Below, one piece after another: positions 1 through 10,833 of a stretch of DNA of 64,000 bases. How positions within the stretch are numbered: position 1 is the first letter of the stretch; each line of letters starts with the position of its first letter. The notes beneath the pieces are model-generated. The model was not told the DNA's origin. It worked only from the letters and a program-made list of their open reading frames with translations, and did no database searches. The stretch comes from a virus. Taxonomy: Duplodnaviria; Caudoviricetes. The DNA lies in IMG/VR virus record IMGVR_UViG_3300031963_009887, positions 1 through 64,000 of that record; one strand, written 5' to 3'. The position numbers and the translations under genes are program-made.

Positions 1-2
1 GA

Positions 3-2081
3 ACATCTGGTACTTCAGGAATAAGTGGTTCATCAGGTTCGGCAGGTTCATCGGCAACTTCAGGAACAAATGGTTCTTCAGGAACATCAGGAGTTGCGGG
101 AACATCAGGAGCTTCAAGAACATCAGGAACATCAGGAACAAATGGTTCATCAGGAACTAGTGGTACTTCTGGTACTGATGGAACATCAGGAGCTTCAAGA
201 ACATCAGGAACTAGCGGTACATCAGGTACATCAGGTTCAAGTGGAACTTCAGGAACATCAGGTTCAGCAGGTTCGGCGGGTTCTTCAGCAACTTCAGGTA
301 CATCAGGAACTAGCGGAACAAGTGGTTCTTCAGGTTCAGCAGGTTCATCAGCGACTTCAGGTTCTTCAGGAACATCAGGTGCGTCAGGAACATCAGGTTC
401 AGCAGGTTCATCAGCGACTTCAGGTTCTTCAGGAACATCAGGAGCGTCAGGAACATCAGGTTCAGCAGGTTCTTCAGCAACTTCAGGAACATCTGGTACT
501 TCAGGAATAAGTGGTTCGTCAGGTTCGGCAGGTTCTTCAGCAACTTCAGGAACAAACGGTTCTTCAGGAACATCGGGAGTTGCGGGAACATCAGGAGCTT
601 CAAGAACATCAGGAACATCAGGAACAAACGGTTCGTCTGGTACAAGTGGTACATCAGGTGTTGATGGAACATCAGGAGCTTCAAGAACATCAGGAACTAG
701 CGGTACATCAGGTACAAGTGGTTCTTCAGGTTCAGCAGGTTCATCAGCAACTTCAGGTACAAGTGGAACATCAGGAGTATCAGGAGCATCGGGAACATCA
801 GGTTCAGCAGGTTCATCGGCAACTTCAGGTTCAACAGGAACAAGTGGTTCTTCAGGAGCATCAGGAAATGCTGGTACATCAGGAGCGTCAGCAACATCAG
901 GTTCAAGTGGAACATCGGGAACTTCAGGTTCATCAGGAGCGTCAGGAGCATCGGCAACATCAGGAACAAGTGGAACTTCAGGTACATCAGGTTCCGCAGG
1001 AGCGTCAGGAGCATCGGCAACATCAGGAACATCAGGTACAAGTGGTACTTCAGGTTCAGCGGGTTCTTCAGCGACATCAGGAACAAATGGTTCTTCAGGA
1101 ACATCAGGAGTCGCGGGAACATCAGGAGCTTCAAGAACATCAGGAACATCAGGAACAAACGGCTCATCTGGTACAAGTGGTACATCAGGTGTTGATGGAA
1201 CATCAGGAGCTTCAAGAACATCAGGAACTAGTGGTACATCAGGTACAAGTGGTTCATCAGGAGCGTCAGGAGCATCGGCAACATCAGGAACAAGTGGAAC
1301 TTCAGGTACATCAGGTTCCGCAGGAGCGTCAGGAGCATCGGCAACATCAGGAACAAGTGGAACTTCAGGTACATCAGGTTCCGCAGGAGCGTCAGGAGCA
1401 TCTCAAACTTCAGGAACAAGTGGAACTTCAGGTACGTCAGGAGCATCAGGAAACGCTGGAACATCAGGAGCATCTGCAACTTCAGGAACTAGCGGTACAT
1501 CAGGAACATCAGGTTCAAGTGGTACTTCAGGTATATCAGGAGCTGCGGGAGCGTCAGGACAATCGGCAACATCAGGTACCTCAGGTACATCAGGAACTGC
1601 TGGTTCATCAGGAGCGTCAGGAGCATCAGCAACATCAGGTACTTCAGGTACAAGTGGTACGTCAGGAGCATCAGGAAACGCTGGAACATCAGGAGCATCT
1701 GCAACTTCAGGTTCATCAGGAACTTCAGGAACTGCAGGTTCATCAGGAGCGTCAGGAGCATCAGCAACTTCAGGTTCAAGCGGTACATCAGGAACTGCAG
1801 GTTCATCAGGAGCATCAAGAACTGCAGGTTCATCGGCAACTTCAGGTTCATCAGGAACTTCAGGAACTGCAGGTTCATCAGGAGCTGCGGGAGCTTCAGG
1901 AGCGTCAGCAACTTCAGGTACAAGTGGAACATCAGGTTCAGCGGGTTCATCAGGAAATGCGGGTACATCAGGGGCATCAAGAACTTCAGGAAGTTCAGGA
2001 ACTTCAGGAACTAGCGGTACTTCAGGTACAACAGGTTCTTCAGGATTAAGTGGTCCAAGTGGTACTTCAGGTATTAGCGGT
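3..2081 (+). repeat. Coding triplet repeat (xSG)n with nested duplications (~200-nt block at ~62, ~548, ~1079; 63-nt tandem x3 at ~1258-1400)
   Basis: Read directly: recurring tcaggaaca/tcaggttca units. The block ggaacaaa(t/c)ggttcttcagga recurs at offsets of 486 and 531 nt, and caggagcgtc recurs at 1258, 1321 and 1384. Confidence 0.9.
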
Positions 2082-2699
2082 GGTTCATTCACATGTAATA
2101 ACGTATCTGATTTGTATATCGTATACGCAGTGAATGGTTCACAAATACAATCATCTTGTTGTCTATTCATTAAAGGTTCGGATTCGTTTGTCCACAACTG
2201 CGCGGGTTACAGGTCAGGAGTTTCAGGTTCGGCAGGAGCACCATCATTCTCATGGACGGCAAATACAAACACAGGTATATTCAACAGTGGAACTTCATAT
2301 CTTGGATACTCATTGAACGGAACTGAAATGTTCAGAATGACAAACAATGGTGGATATGGTGATTTCCACGCAACTGCGAACATTATTGGATATTCAACAA
2401 CACCATCAGATGAAAGATTAAAAGATAATGTTAAAACTCTTGAAAACAGTTTAGGTATTATTGAAAAATTAAGACCTGTGTCATATACTTGGAAAGATGT
2501 TATGAGAAGAGGAAATGACTTTGGATTAATTGCTCAAGAAGTTGAAAAAATAATACCTGAAATCGTTACAAATACAACATTACTTCAAACAGGTGATGAG
2601 GAGTTATATAAAACAGTGTCATACGAAAGATTGGTACCATTCCTAATCCAATCAATTCAAGAATTGAACAATAAAATTAAAGAATTAGAAAAGAAATAA
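3..2699 (+). CDS. 5'-partial tail fibre: long Gly-X-Y Ser/Thr/Gly repeat stalk plus C-terminal peptidase S74 intramolecular chaperone
   Basis: Frame 3 reads [15 protein letters not shown]... with no stop seen and runs in frame into the track ORF 2112..2699 (junction read as ...[25 protein letters not shown]). The C-terminus [10 protein letters not shown]...LRPVSYTW...[15 protein letters not shown]...LIQSIQEL is the typical S74 chaperone. The start lies upstream of the window. Confidence 0.9.
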   Translation, partial: TSGTSGISGSSGSAGSSATSGTNGSSGTSGVAGTSGASRTSGTSGTNGSSGTSGTSGTDGTSGASRTSGTSGTSGTSGSSGTSGTSGSAGSAGSSATSGTSGTSGTSGSSGSAGSSATSGSSGTSGASGTSGSAGSSATSGSSGTSGASGTSGSAGSSATSGTSGTSGISGSSGSAGSSATSGTNGSSGTSGVAGTSGASRTSGTSGTNGSSGTSGTSGVDGTSGASRTSGTSGTSGTSGSSGSAGSSATSGTSGTSGVSGASGTSGSAGSSATSGSTGTSGSSGASGNAGTSGASATSGSSGTSGTSGSSGASGASATSGTSGTSGTSGSAGASGASATSGTSGTSGTSGSAGSSATSGTNGSSGTSGVAGTSGASRTSGTSGTNGSSGTSGTSGVDGTSGASRTSGTSGTSGTSGSSGASGASATSGTSGTSGTSGSAGASGASATSGTSGTSGTSGSAGASGASQTSGTSGTSGTSGASGNAGTSGASATSGTSGTSGTSGSSGTSGISGAAGASGQSATSGTSGTSGTAGSSGASGASATSGTSGTSGTSGASGNAGTSGASATSGSSGTSGTAGSSGASGASATSGSSGTSGTAGSSGASRTAGSSATSGSSGTSGTAGSSGAAGASGASATSGTSGTSGSAGSSGNAGTSGASRTSGSSGTSGTSGTSGTTGSSGLSGPSGTSGISGGSFTCNNVSDLYIVYAVNGSQIQSSCCLFIKGSDSFVHNCAGYRSGVSGSAGAPSFSWTANTNTGIFNSGTSYLGYSLNGTEMFRMTNNGGYGDFHATANIIGYSTTPSDERLKDNVKTLENSLGIIEKLRPVSYTWKDVMRRGNDFGLIAQEVEKIIPEIVTNTTLLQTGDEELYKTVSYERLVPFLIQSIQELNNKIKELEKK

Positions 2700-2700
2700 A

Positions 2701-3012
2701 ATGGCTATAAAAGTAACAACACAAATAGGAACCAGTGGTGGAATCACCACTGAAGCCTATGTAAGAATAGGTACTTATTTAATTGATAAATCCAACAATG
2801 CTGTTAGATTTGGGTTAGAAATTTATAACTCAGAAGTAGATAAAAACAATAAAGACAATATTGTGACAAATAAACAAATTGGTAATTATGTATATAAAAA
2901 GGTTAGTAGTTTTACTTCATTTGAAACTACTGATATCTTTTCAGCGGGGTATTCTGAATTAAGAACTCATTTGCAAAGTATTTACGGACCATCATCAACA
3001 GTTGATTGTTAA
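2701..3012 (+). CDS. Hypothetical protein, probable tail-fibre-associated
   Basis: 103-aa ORF starting 1 nt after the fibre stop; function inferred from position only. Confidence 0.6.
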   Translation: MAIKVTTQIGTSGGITTEAYVRIGTYLIDKSNNAVRFGLEIYNSEVDKNNKDNIVTNKQIGNYVYKKVSSFTSFETTDIFSAGYSELRTHLQSIYGPSSTVDC

Positions 3013-3018
3013 TAGAAT

Positions 3019-3633
3019 ATGGCAACACCACCAGGACCAGCATCACCCGGTAATCCTATTAGTTATGATAATATTAGGGCTGAGGTTAACTTTACGCCTA
3101 ATATTGATATTGGATTGTATGATTTTGCAACATACATATATGATGATGGTTTTATTAATGACTATACATTTTATCCAGCATTTTATCCTTTACCATCAAG
3201 TCCTGCTGGAGGTGCAGTAACACAAAACGCATCTATATCAATGTTTTATGATATAGATTCTGAGAGTTATTATGACATTCAATTCCAATCAGGAACACCT
3301 AGTTGGGTATCAACTATTGATGTGACAATTAATGATGCAACTGTTTTGGCTAGCGGTTCAAATAGTGGACCAAACGCTGATACACAAACACAAATTAATG
3401 CAATGATTCGAGGGGGGACCGCTGGTAACCAACCCCATTGGTATCAAATAGATTTACAGGTTAATTTAAATGCTGGTGCACCACCATTTACACCAGCGGT
3501 AAATGTTGATTATGACACTGGTGCTGGTTTCACCGCTTTTCCTGGTTCACCAACTACATTTCCGGGTCTATTAACTACCGGAGCAATTATTAATGTTGCA
3601 AATGGTGGGACTGTTTACATTAGAGTTTCATAA
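3019..3633 (+). CDS. Probable small fibre-tip/adhesin virion protein
   Basis: The N-terminal PISYDNIRAEV resembles the 'G.IS.SDI..E' attachment motif of proteins encoded after phage fibres; G/N/T-rich beta composition. Confidence 0.5.
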   Translation: MATPPGPASPGNPISYDNIRAEVNFTPNIDIGLYDFATYIYDDGFINDYTFYPAFYPLPSSPAGGAVTQNASISMFYDIDSESYYDIQFQSGTPSWVSTIDVTINDATVLASGSNSGPNADTQTQINAMIRGGTAGNQPHWYQIDLQVNLNAGAPPFTPAVNVDYDTGAGFTAFPGSPTTFPGLLTTGAIINVANGGTVYIRVS

Positions 3634-3647
3634 TTTTAATTTGCAAG

Positions 3648-3676
3648 TTTACTTAATAGATTTTATTTAATATACT
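3648..3676 (+). promoter_or_regulatory. Possible sigma70-like promoter (TTTACT-N17-TATACT) upstream of the 2OG oxygenase
   Basis: Hexamers at 3648-3653 and 3671-3676 with a 17-nt spacer, ending 6 nt before the ATG at 3683. The AT-rich context weakens this call. Confidence 0.4.
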
Positions 3677-3682
3677 TTATTT

Positions 3683-4282
3683 ATGTCAAGTAAAATACCG
3701 ATATTTCCATACCCACCAACAATTGATATAGGTAAGCACGCAAATGTTGATGACCAATTTTCACAACCTGAAATTGATGAATTAATTAATATAATTAATT
3801 CTTTAGAGTATGAAGAAGGAAGAATTGTAAATGAAAATTTTGTTGGTGAGGTTAACAAAGATGTTAGAAAAAGTAATGTTAAATGGATATACCCAACAAA
3901 TGAAACTATGTGGTTATTTACCAAATTAATGAAAATCATCCAATCAGTTAATGGTCAACTTTGGAATTTTGAATTAATTATGGCGAGAGAACCTATTCAA
4001 TACACTGAATATGAAGACGATGGTGAATATGGTTGGCACATAGATACAGGACATGGTCCTAGTGCTCAAAGAAAAGTGTCTATGTCGGTACTGTTAACAA
4101 ATCCTGACGAATATGAAGGTGGTGATTTGGAACTATGGCCTGGTGGTGAGATTAAAACAGTGGAAAGAAAACAATATAGTATGACAATATTCCCAAGTTG
4201 TATTATGCATAGGGTTACACCCGTAACAAAAGGTATTAGAAAAAGTTTGGTATTTTGGGTAGGTGGAACACCTTACAGATAA
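3683..4282 (+). CDS. 2OG-Fe(II) oxygenase (prolyl-4-hydroxylase/PKHD-like)
   Basis: WHID (HxD), YEGGDL, MHRVTPVTKGIRKSLVFW (distal His and 2OG-binding Arg). Confidence 0.9.
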   Translation: MSSKIPIFPYPPTIDIGKHANVDDQFSQPEIDELINIINSLEYEEGRIVNENFVGEVNKDVRKSNVKWIYPTNETMWLFTKLMKIIQSVNGQLWNFELIMAREPIQYTEYEDDGEYGWHIDTGHGPSAQRKVSMSVLLTNPDEYEGGDLELWPGGEIKTVERKQYSMTIFPSCIMHRVTPVTKGIRKSLVFWVGGTPYR

Positions 4283-4653
4283 TCACTGTAAGATTTTTCT
4301 TCAATAAATCCTGAAGAAAACTTCAAATTAATTTCTTTTTTAATTTTAGCACGAACATCATTAGTATAGTAAACTGAACGAGCAAGACTAACAAATTCTT
4401 CATCAAATTCTTTTTGTCTTTCTTTGTCCCTAATATCATCTTCAATAACCCAAAGGTCTTTATTAACTGACAATAATTCTAAATACTCAGGTGATAAAGT
4501 TGAAATACCCAAATCATTTTCAACCACAGATAAAAGATACTCATACTCTTTTATGATGTTATCTAATTTATTTGGGTCGGTAATATTTTCCTTTTTAATT
4601 TGAAGAATTGTTAATTTGTCAACAATTTCTCCATGTGATACTTCTATATTCAT
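4273..4653 (-). CDS. DUF6165-like small protein of phage glycosylation clusters
   Basis: The N-terminus MNIEVSHGEIVDKLTILQIK matches the family pattern as recalled. Confidence 0.7.
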   Translation of the reverse strand: MNIEVSHGEIVDKLTILQIKKENITDPNKLDNIIKEYEYLLSVVENDLGISTLSPEYLELLSVNKDLWVIEDDIRDKERQKEFDEEFVSLARSVYYTNDVRAKIKKEINLKFSSGFIEEKSYSDYL

Positions 4654-6755
4654 AATAAATTTTGTATTTGTGATATAACCATATCTGCGGTTATAGATTT
4701 ATGACATTCAAATTGTCTTTCAGTATCTTTATGTTCAGGACACCAATTCCAATCTCCTTTATTAAATAAGAACATGGGATTATTCCAACAACCATTACAT
4801 ACTGACATATTTATAATCCTTGTACAATTTGAAGTAAATTCATGGTCAGGTTCTGTAAAATTAGAAATCATCACAACGTGTTTACCTAAAGCCCAACTTA
4901 ACCAAGATAATCCACTTGAAAGACCGACAACAAATTGACTGTGATAAATTACATTCATTGTATTATCAATTGAGTCATCTTCTAATGAATCGGCACCTTC
5001 GTATTTATCACCATTTTGTGAGATATTAATTACTTTATATCCTAATGATTTAAAATGTCTAATTAAATCAACCCATCCTGTTGGATTGTTCCAATATTTA
5101 CAACCAGCGGTTGAGTTGGTTGCAATACAAATATACTTTTCAGGGTAAGGTTTTTCTTTTGGTATAAAATCAATATTTGTTTTAATTTCTTTAAATTCTA
5201 ACCCAAGAATATTACTAGCGGTTTGTTGTAATGGTATTGTATTAGGTAATGTAGGTTCTAAATCACGATTATAAAACCAACCCAACTTATACATTGCGTA
5301 TATGTTTTTAACTTCAATACCTGGCGTAACAAACTCAATTTCAGGGTATGATTTTTCAAATAAAAAATTCTTGAAAGTTGAACAAATCACATGACATTTA
5401 TGTTTTTTTCTAAACTCATCAACATATGGTACCCAAGCAATTGAATCACCTAACGAACTTGAATCAATTGCAATATAAACTCTCATACCTTCAAAAGGAA
5501 ACTTACGGTTAAGTATTGTTCCTGATGAATTAGAAACTCTGATTCTCCAATCTTTATGAAATTTCTTATTTGATTTTGTCCACATATTACTTCTTATTTT
5601 TGAAGTATATGTTAGTGTGTTATCATCTTCAAAAAAATCTACGGTATATTCATCGTCAAGATTACTTTGAACATCAACAGTTGGACCATCAACAAAATGT
5701 ACATTTATTGCCAATTTTTCATTTAACATTGGTTTTAAATCTTTTGTTTCGTTAAACGCTTTAATAAATAAATTTTTGGTAATATCAGAAGTATATTCTT
5801 TTTGTATTTTAAGAACATCACCATACATGTTTAACAATCTTGTACAAACTGTTGACCAATCATAATATTTTCTATCAATTTCGGTATTAATCATATAATG
5901 AGCATAGTTCTCAATAACTTCCAATATACCTTTTTTAACTGATTCAGTTGACCTTTCTACTTTATACAAACCTTCAATTTTGTGGTTACCATCATATGTC
6001 CCAACAACAGGTACTCTACATGAAATTGATTCCAATAATGTTAAATTTGGGTGACCAGCTTCCAATTCTGATGGGTGAAGGAATATTGAATGCTCTTCAA
6101 TTATTTTTAATAATTCTTCTTCACTTGGATTGTGAGAAATTATGTTTAATTTACCGTACTCCAATAAATCAGGATTTGCGTTGAAAAAATTCATATTGTT
6201 AGGAGGACCAACAATTGTAATATCCATGTTTAATTCTTTAGCGGCTTCAATAGCGTATCTAAATCCTTTTCTATCTATGGTTTGGTCATCAGCATAACCA
6301 TTATTTGCTATACATAATAATTTGTGTTTAAAATCTTCCTTATAAGGTAAATCAAAAAACTTGGTATCAACACCATGTGTTAAATAAAATAACTTATCAG
6401 TTTCCTCAAAGTAATCAACTAAAAATTCTGCATGTGTAAAGGATACTATTGAACCTTTAATGGCTTCTAAATTTTGTTTATATGTATGAGAATCTTTACC
6501 ATGTCTAACAACATGATGGTCATGTAATGAAAAGATGTATGGTATACCTCTTTTTTGAGCTTCAATACCTAAATTGGCAACGTGTAAATGAATGATATCT
6601 GTATTATTTACATCAACATCATTTAAGTATTTAATATCACATACGTGACCCATTTCTTCAAATTGAAGTTTATAGTTCCATATTACTTTTTCAATTGCTC
6701 CCCAACCATTTGGAGGTATTGATATAAGACCTGGTGTTACTTGTGTTATTTTCAT
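4650..6755 (-). CDS. GT4 glycosyltransferase fused to a TibC/Aah-type (autotransporter) heptosyltransferase
   Basis: N-terminal GT-B (GWGAIEKV; FLHPSELEAGHPNLTLLESISC). C-terminal SSSLGDSIAWVPY, GLSSGLSWLSWA and four-Cys CNGCWN...WCPEH...FEC motif of TibC-like enzymes. Confidence 0.85.
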   Translation of the reverse strand: MKITQVTPGLISIPPNGWGAIEKVIWNYKLQFEEMGHVCDIKYLNDVDVNNTDIIHLHVANLGIEAQKRGIPYIFSLHDHHVVRHGKDSHTYKQNLEAIKGSIVSFTHAEFLVDYFEETDKLFYLTHGVDTKFFDLPYKEDFKHKLLCIANNGYADDQTIDRKGFRYAIEAAKELNMDITIVGPPNNMNFFNANPDLLEYGKLNIISHNPSEEELLKIIEEHSIFLHPSELEAGHPNLTLLESISCRVPVVGTYDGNHKIEGLYKVERSTESVKKGILEVIENYAHYMINTEIDRKYYDWSTVCTRLLNMYGDVLKIQKEYTSDITKNLFIKAFNETKDLKPMLNEKLAINVHFVDGPTVDVQSNLDDEYTVDFFEDDNTLTYTSKIRSNMWTKSNKKFHKDWRIRVSNSSGTILNRKFPFEGMRVYIAIDSSSLGDSIAWVPYVDEFRKKHKCHVICSTFKNFLFEKSYPEIEFVTPGIEVKNIYAMYKLGWFYNRDLEPTLPNTIPLQQTASNILGLEFKEIKTNIDFIPKEKPYPEKYICIATNSTAGCKYWNNPTGWVDLIRHFKSLGYKVINISQNGDKYEGADSLEDDSIDNTMNVIYHSQFVVGLSSGLSWLSWALGKHVVMISNFTEPDHEFTSNCTRIINMSVCNGCWNNPMFLFNKGDWNWCPEHKDTERQFECHKSITADMVISQIQNLL

Positions 6756-7750
6756 ATTGTTTTAATAAATTCGCTAAATGATTTTAATATTTGGTTATAT
6801 TCTTTTATGTGAAAATCATTATCAAATAAAAAATTTGGGTCAACAAACCCAAAATTATCAGTATAATCTTTTTTCCAATTAAAATATAGAAAATTTTCAT
6901 TAGAAAAAAACTCATCAAATGAATCAACACAATATTTTCTTTCATTATTTGTTCCTTTAATTAATTGACGTTCTTTTTCTTCATCAATTAAACCATTTTT
7001 AATTGGTGGGTTTGGGGACATAACAATCACTTTATTATTTGGATGTTTGGAAATAAAAGTCTGTAGAAATTCTTTATATTTAAATAATAACTTATTTGTT
7101 AAATGAGAAATTGAAGTATTTTTTTCTTGAGATGATTTAGGTAGACCATATCTAGTATCTATTTCACCTAAATAAAAGGCTATAATATCGCCATCTTCTA
7201 TGGGTAATAAATCAATAAATGATTTATTATCTTTATTTAAAAATCTATGTAAACTTAGTGAGGGGTGACTATACCTTATGGGTAAATAATCATGTATTGG
7301 TTCAGGGGTGTACTCATCATTACCAAAAGTTCCCCACACATTTGAATCACCAATAATCCATAATCGTTTATAATTCATTGGATATTGTTGTGATATGTTT
7401 CTTAATGGTAGATAGTTCTTATAAAAGAAAAACTTTTTTTCAAAAACTAAATAATCTTCTATATAACATCTTAAATGTACCCCACCTTTAAAACCCAATC
7501 TATTATGTTTCCCAAAATGACTACCAATCGTAAAATTAACAAAATAATTTGGACCATCAATACAATTTACATTAATAATTTCGGGTGAGTATGGTATATC
7601 AAAATACGGGTCTGATATCTTTACAGATATTGTTTGTTGTTGGTCATTTAACCCTAATGTTGTAAAATTAATTTTTAAAATTGCATTATTTATAGCAGTT
7701 TCAACATCAATATTATTAATATTGATTAATATTTTTTCTTGTTTTAACAT
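6752..7750 (-). CDS. Hypothetical protein with C-terminal SGNH/GDSL-like domain
   Basis: IIGDSN, LGEIDTR and DFH motifs; lies within the glycosylation operon. Confidence 0.5.
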   Translation of the reverse strand: MLKQEKILININNIDVETAINNAILKINFTTLGLNDQQQTISVKISDPYFDIPYSPEIINVNCIDGPNYFVNFTIGSHFGKHNRLGFKGGVHLRCYIEDYLVFEKKFFFYKNYLPLRNISQQYPMNYKRLWIIGDSNVWGTFGNDEYTPEPIHDYLPIRYSHPSLSLHRFLNKDNKSFIDLLPIEDGDIIAFYLGEIDTRYGLPKSSQEKNTSISHLTNKLLFKYKEFLQTFISKHPNNKVIVMSPNPPIKNGLIDEEKERQLIKGTNNERKYCVDSFDEFFSNENFLYFNWKKDYTDNFGFVDPNFLFDNDFHIKEYNQILKSFSEFIKTI

Positions 7751-8316
7751 TTAATAAAACTCCCCCAAAGGACTTGTTTAAATTCATTATAAAGATATGG
7801 TCTTAATTTTAATTCGGGAAGATATCTTTCTAAATTTTTATAATGAGATTCGGAAATTGTTGGCCAATCTAATTCGGTTTTTATTTTTTCGTACTCTTCG
7901 GGTGTTTCTTCATAGTCATGTAACATAACAACATCACCCGTTTTAAGATACCTTGAGAATAATTTAAATTCAGTTTCTTTATCACCACCATCACATAATA
8001 ATAATGTTTTTTTTGGTTGACTAATTAATGATTTTATTTCACCAATCACGTCAACATCAAAACAATCGGCAACTCTTAAGGTGGTATCTTTAATATTATT
8101 AACTTGTAAATAATCAGGATTATTATCGTATGATATTATTTTACATGAATCAGATTTATTTTCTGATAACCAATATGTAAAAGCACCTGTAAAAGTACCA
8201 ATCTCAATAATTTGTTCAAAGTCTTTTAATATTATTGAAAAGGCTTTAGGTATGTGTTTTGTTTGAGCGGTTCTAAATTGTTGGTCACCAATTGTAACCC
8301 ATAAAAAGTTTTCCAT
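7744..8316 (-). CDS. Class I SAM-dependent methyltransferase-like protein
   Basis: IIEIGTFTG (motif I), CDGG and MLHD. Confidence 0.6.
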   Translation of the reverse strand: MENFLWVTIGDQQFRTAQTKHIPKAFSIILKDFEQIIEIGTFTGAFTYWLSENKSDSCKIISYDNNPDYLQVNNIKDTTLRVADCFDVDVIGEIKSLISQPKKTLLLCDGGDKETEFKLFSRYLKTGDVVMLHDYEETPEEYEKIKTELDWPTISESHYKNLERYLPELKLRPYLYNEFKQVLWGSFIKC

Positions 8317-8317
8317 T

Positions 8318-9082
8318 TTATCTTTCTGAATTGTTTAAGTTGTATGATGAATTATGAATACCTATATGATAACAAATTCTTTCCAAATGTAAAAATGATT
8401 TGTATTTTTTTGCAAACCTTAATGCGAATTCTAATTCAAATGAATCCATATTTCCATTAAAATTATCAATAGTTTTTAATTTTTTAATATCATGTATTGC
8501 TGGTCTAAATCCAAAGTATGGCCAATTGATTACTTTAACCCAATCACCTTCAGGTAAGTATTTCATTTCAACCTCATCTAAAAATAATGGTTCATTTAAT
8601 TCGTGTTTTTCAGAATAATACCATTCCCAAAAATCACCAATTATTCTTGGTGTAAATAATTCTGGTGGGAATATCTTTTTTTCCCATGAATAGCCAACTA
8701 ATGCAATATCGTCATTATTACTTAATAAATTAATACCATCTAATAATCTAAAATTTTGTTGAAATAACCAATCATCCTCTAAATGAAACACATAATCAAA
8801 ATTAAATTTTTCATTGTTTGTTTTCCAAACTTTCATAATCTCCAAATGTCTTTTTCTGGTATTAAAATCTGAAGGTTGAAATGTTATTGATGTTAACATC
8901 ACCTTTGGAAATAATTTCTTTAATAAAAGAAACATTTCTTTCCTTTCAAAATCTGAAGATGAATCATCATAATGAAAGATGTGTGATATCAAATCACGGT
9001 CAACACAATTATTATAGAAAGAATTTATTGTTCTTTCAAACAATGAAAATCTTTTACACGTTGTAATGGTTAATGATATCAT
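8318..9082 (-). CDS. GT-A (GT2-like) glycosyltransferase
   Basis: ITTCKR, HYDDSS and FHLEDDW (DXD-type). Confidence 0.75.
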   Translation of the reverse strand: MISLTITTCKRFSLFERTINSFYNNCVDRDLISHIFHYDDSSSDFERKEMFLLLKKLFPKVMLTSITFQPSDFNTRKRHLEIMKVWKTNNEKFNFDYVFHLEDDWLFQQNFRLLDGINLLSNNDDIALVGYSWEKKIFPPELFTPRIIGDFWEWYYSEKHELNEPLFLDEVEMKYLPEGDWVKVINWPYFGFRPAIHDIKKLKTIDNFNGNMDSFELEFALRFAKKYKSFLHLERICYHIGIHNSSYNLNNSER

Positions 9083-10833
9083 TTAATATACATGTTAGCA
9101 TATACATTGTTATTTGTTTCAGAATATAGAAATCTACCATCTTCATACACATCAATTTTTTCTAAACCATCTTTTGGAATATAGTATGACCAACTATGTT
9201 TTCCACTAACAGATTGATTAAATGTTTGTTCAGTTCCGTCATTAAAATATGATATAACAACTCTATTTTTTGGTGTATCTGTATAGTTGTAAGATACAAC
9301 AGCCAAATAGTTTGTTAATGTTTTTACACTATCAATATTTCTATATACTTTATATATTCTTGTTGAACAACCTTCATACTTGGGGGATATGTTACTAATT
9401 GAAGTCTCAGTATTCCATAAGGTACCTTCAAAATCAATTGTTTGTTGGTCACCAGTTTTTCTTAAAATGTGTGAGTCAATATCATTATCAATAATATTCT
9501 GATACAAATATTCTTCGGCAATTTTAAAATCTAAATTACCAAACCTATCCATTAAATAATTTACATAATCTTGTTCACATGTAATTCGTTTAATGATTTG
9601 TAAAAAATACTCAATCTCACAGTAAAAATAGTGAAACGAAACATCTTTTCTTGAGTCATTTTCATTAAAATAAAACAATCCTTTTTTACCATTGTCGTGA
9701 CACAATGATGGTACGGTATTTATGTAATCCCAAGATGACTCTGAAAGTTTATCATCAACTTCTAATCTTTGAAAGTGGGTATAACCTAATGACTTTGCAA
9801 ATATTAAAGAATTGAATAGATTAACTAATACAGGTAGACCATGTCTTTGTAAACCTGGCATAACATCAAAAATATCAATATCATCTCTCAAATGATATAA
9901 AGTCACATTACTAACATTTGTATAATCATTTTCAAACAATTTATTATTTGAGTCGTATAAGTAATAGTTTGTTTTGGATAAAATTTCAGGTTTAATAATT
10001 GTGTTAGATACTAATAAAGTATCTTGATTATTTCCTTTTAAAATATCCAAAAATTGTGATAATTTAACTTCAACTTCTTTGTTATGAACAAAAGAATCTA
10101 TGATTGTAATTGTTTTATTTTTCATTTGATTGTGTCTGTTATATAGGTAATCTCTTACGTATTTATGTGTTTGTTTTTTTTCTTCAGGTGAAAGTGATGT
10201 TAAAACACCTTGACCATGTTCTCTGTATATACCACCAACCCATTCATCACCACGTATCTTACCTCTTAATGATAACTCATAATTGACAGGATAATCTAAA
10301 TAAGGTAATGACATCATGTATGGTTTAATTAAATCTTTGTAATTTCTAAACATTCTTCCAAAAGATACGTAATTCTCTACAAATAAGTCTTCTGTTGTTA
10401 TGTCTTTAATTGGACTACATAACCATGTATTAGTTTTGTTGGGGGTATAAATACCATTAGTGTATAACCAATAACCTGTACAATGCATTGAATAGTCAGG
10501 GTTTGCATCTAAAAAATCAACTTGTTTTTGTAATTTATACTCATTAAAAAAATAATCATCTCCATCTAAATAGGCGATATATTCACCTTGTGCTTGCGAT
10601 AATAAAAATGGTATGTTTTTATGAAAACCTAAATTTTCAGTTGCACGAAAATGTTTTAAATTGGGATAAAAATTAGTTAATCGCTCAATAATTTGCTCTG
10701 AACCATCTTGAGAAAAATCATCTCTAACTAATACCTCAAACTCAAAACTTGTTTTTTGCCATAAAGCGGACAATAACGCTTGTTCTAAATAATTCGCAAA
10801 TTTATAAGCGGGTACTATAACACTTACTTTCAT
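9079..10833 (-). CDS. GT2 glycosyltransferase with additional C-terminal domain(s)
   Basis: VSVIVPAY...VRDDFSQD...GEYIAYLDGDDYF; a second region has an EVDD motif. Confidence 0.85.
   Translation of the reverse strand: MKVSVIVPAYKFANYLEQALLSALWQKTSFEFEVLVRDDFSQDGSEQIIERLTNFYPNLKHFRATENLGFHKNIPFLLSQAQGEYIAYLDGDDYFFNEYKLQKQVDFLDANPDYSMHCTGYWLYTNGIYTPNKTNTWLCSPIKDITTEDLFVENYVSFGRMFRNYKDLIKPYMMSLPYLDYPVNYELSLRGKIRGDEWVGGIYREHGQGVLTSLSPEEKKQTHKYVRDYLYNRHNQMKNKTITIIDSFVHNKEVEVKLSQFLDILKGNNQDTLLVSNTIIKPEILSKTNYYLYDSNNKLFENDYTNVSNVTLYHLRDDIDIFDVMPGLQRHGLPVLVNLFNSLIFAKSLGYTHFQRLEVDDKLSESSWDYINTVPSLCHDNGKKGLFYFNENDSRKDVSFHYFYCEIEYFLQIIKRITCEQDYVNYLMDRFGNLDFKIAEEYLYQNIIDNDIDSHILRKTGDQQTIDFEGTLWNTETSISNISPKYEGCSTRIYKVYRNIDSVKTLTNYLAVVSYNYTDTPKNRVVISYFNDGTEQTFNQSVSGKHSWSYYIPKDGLEKIDVYEDGRFLYSETNNNVYANMYIK

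Noticed and set aside
25-2197. Long Q/E/H/L/V-rich (+1 frame) and L/M/F- or P/E/V/D-rich (minus strand) ORFs in the track
   Set aside because: Shadow frames of the tca-gga-aca repeat; the frame-3 xSG reading is continuous with the S74 domain.
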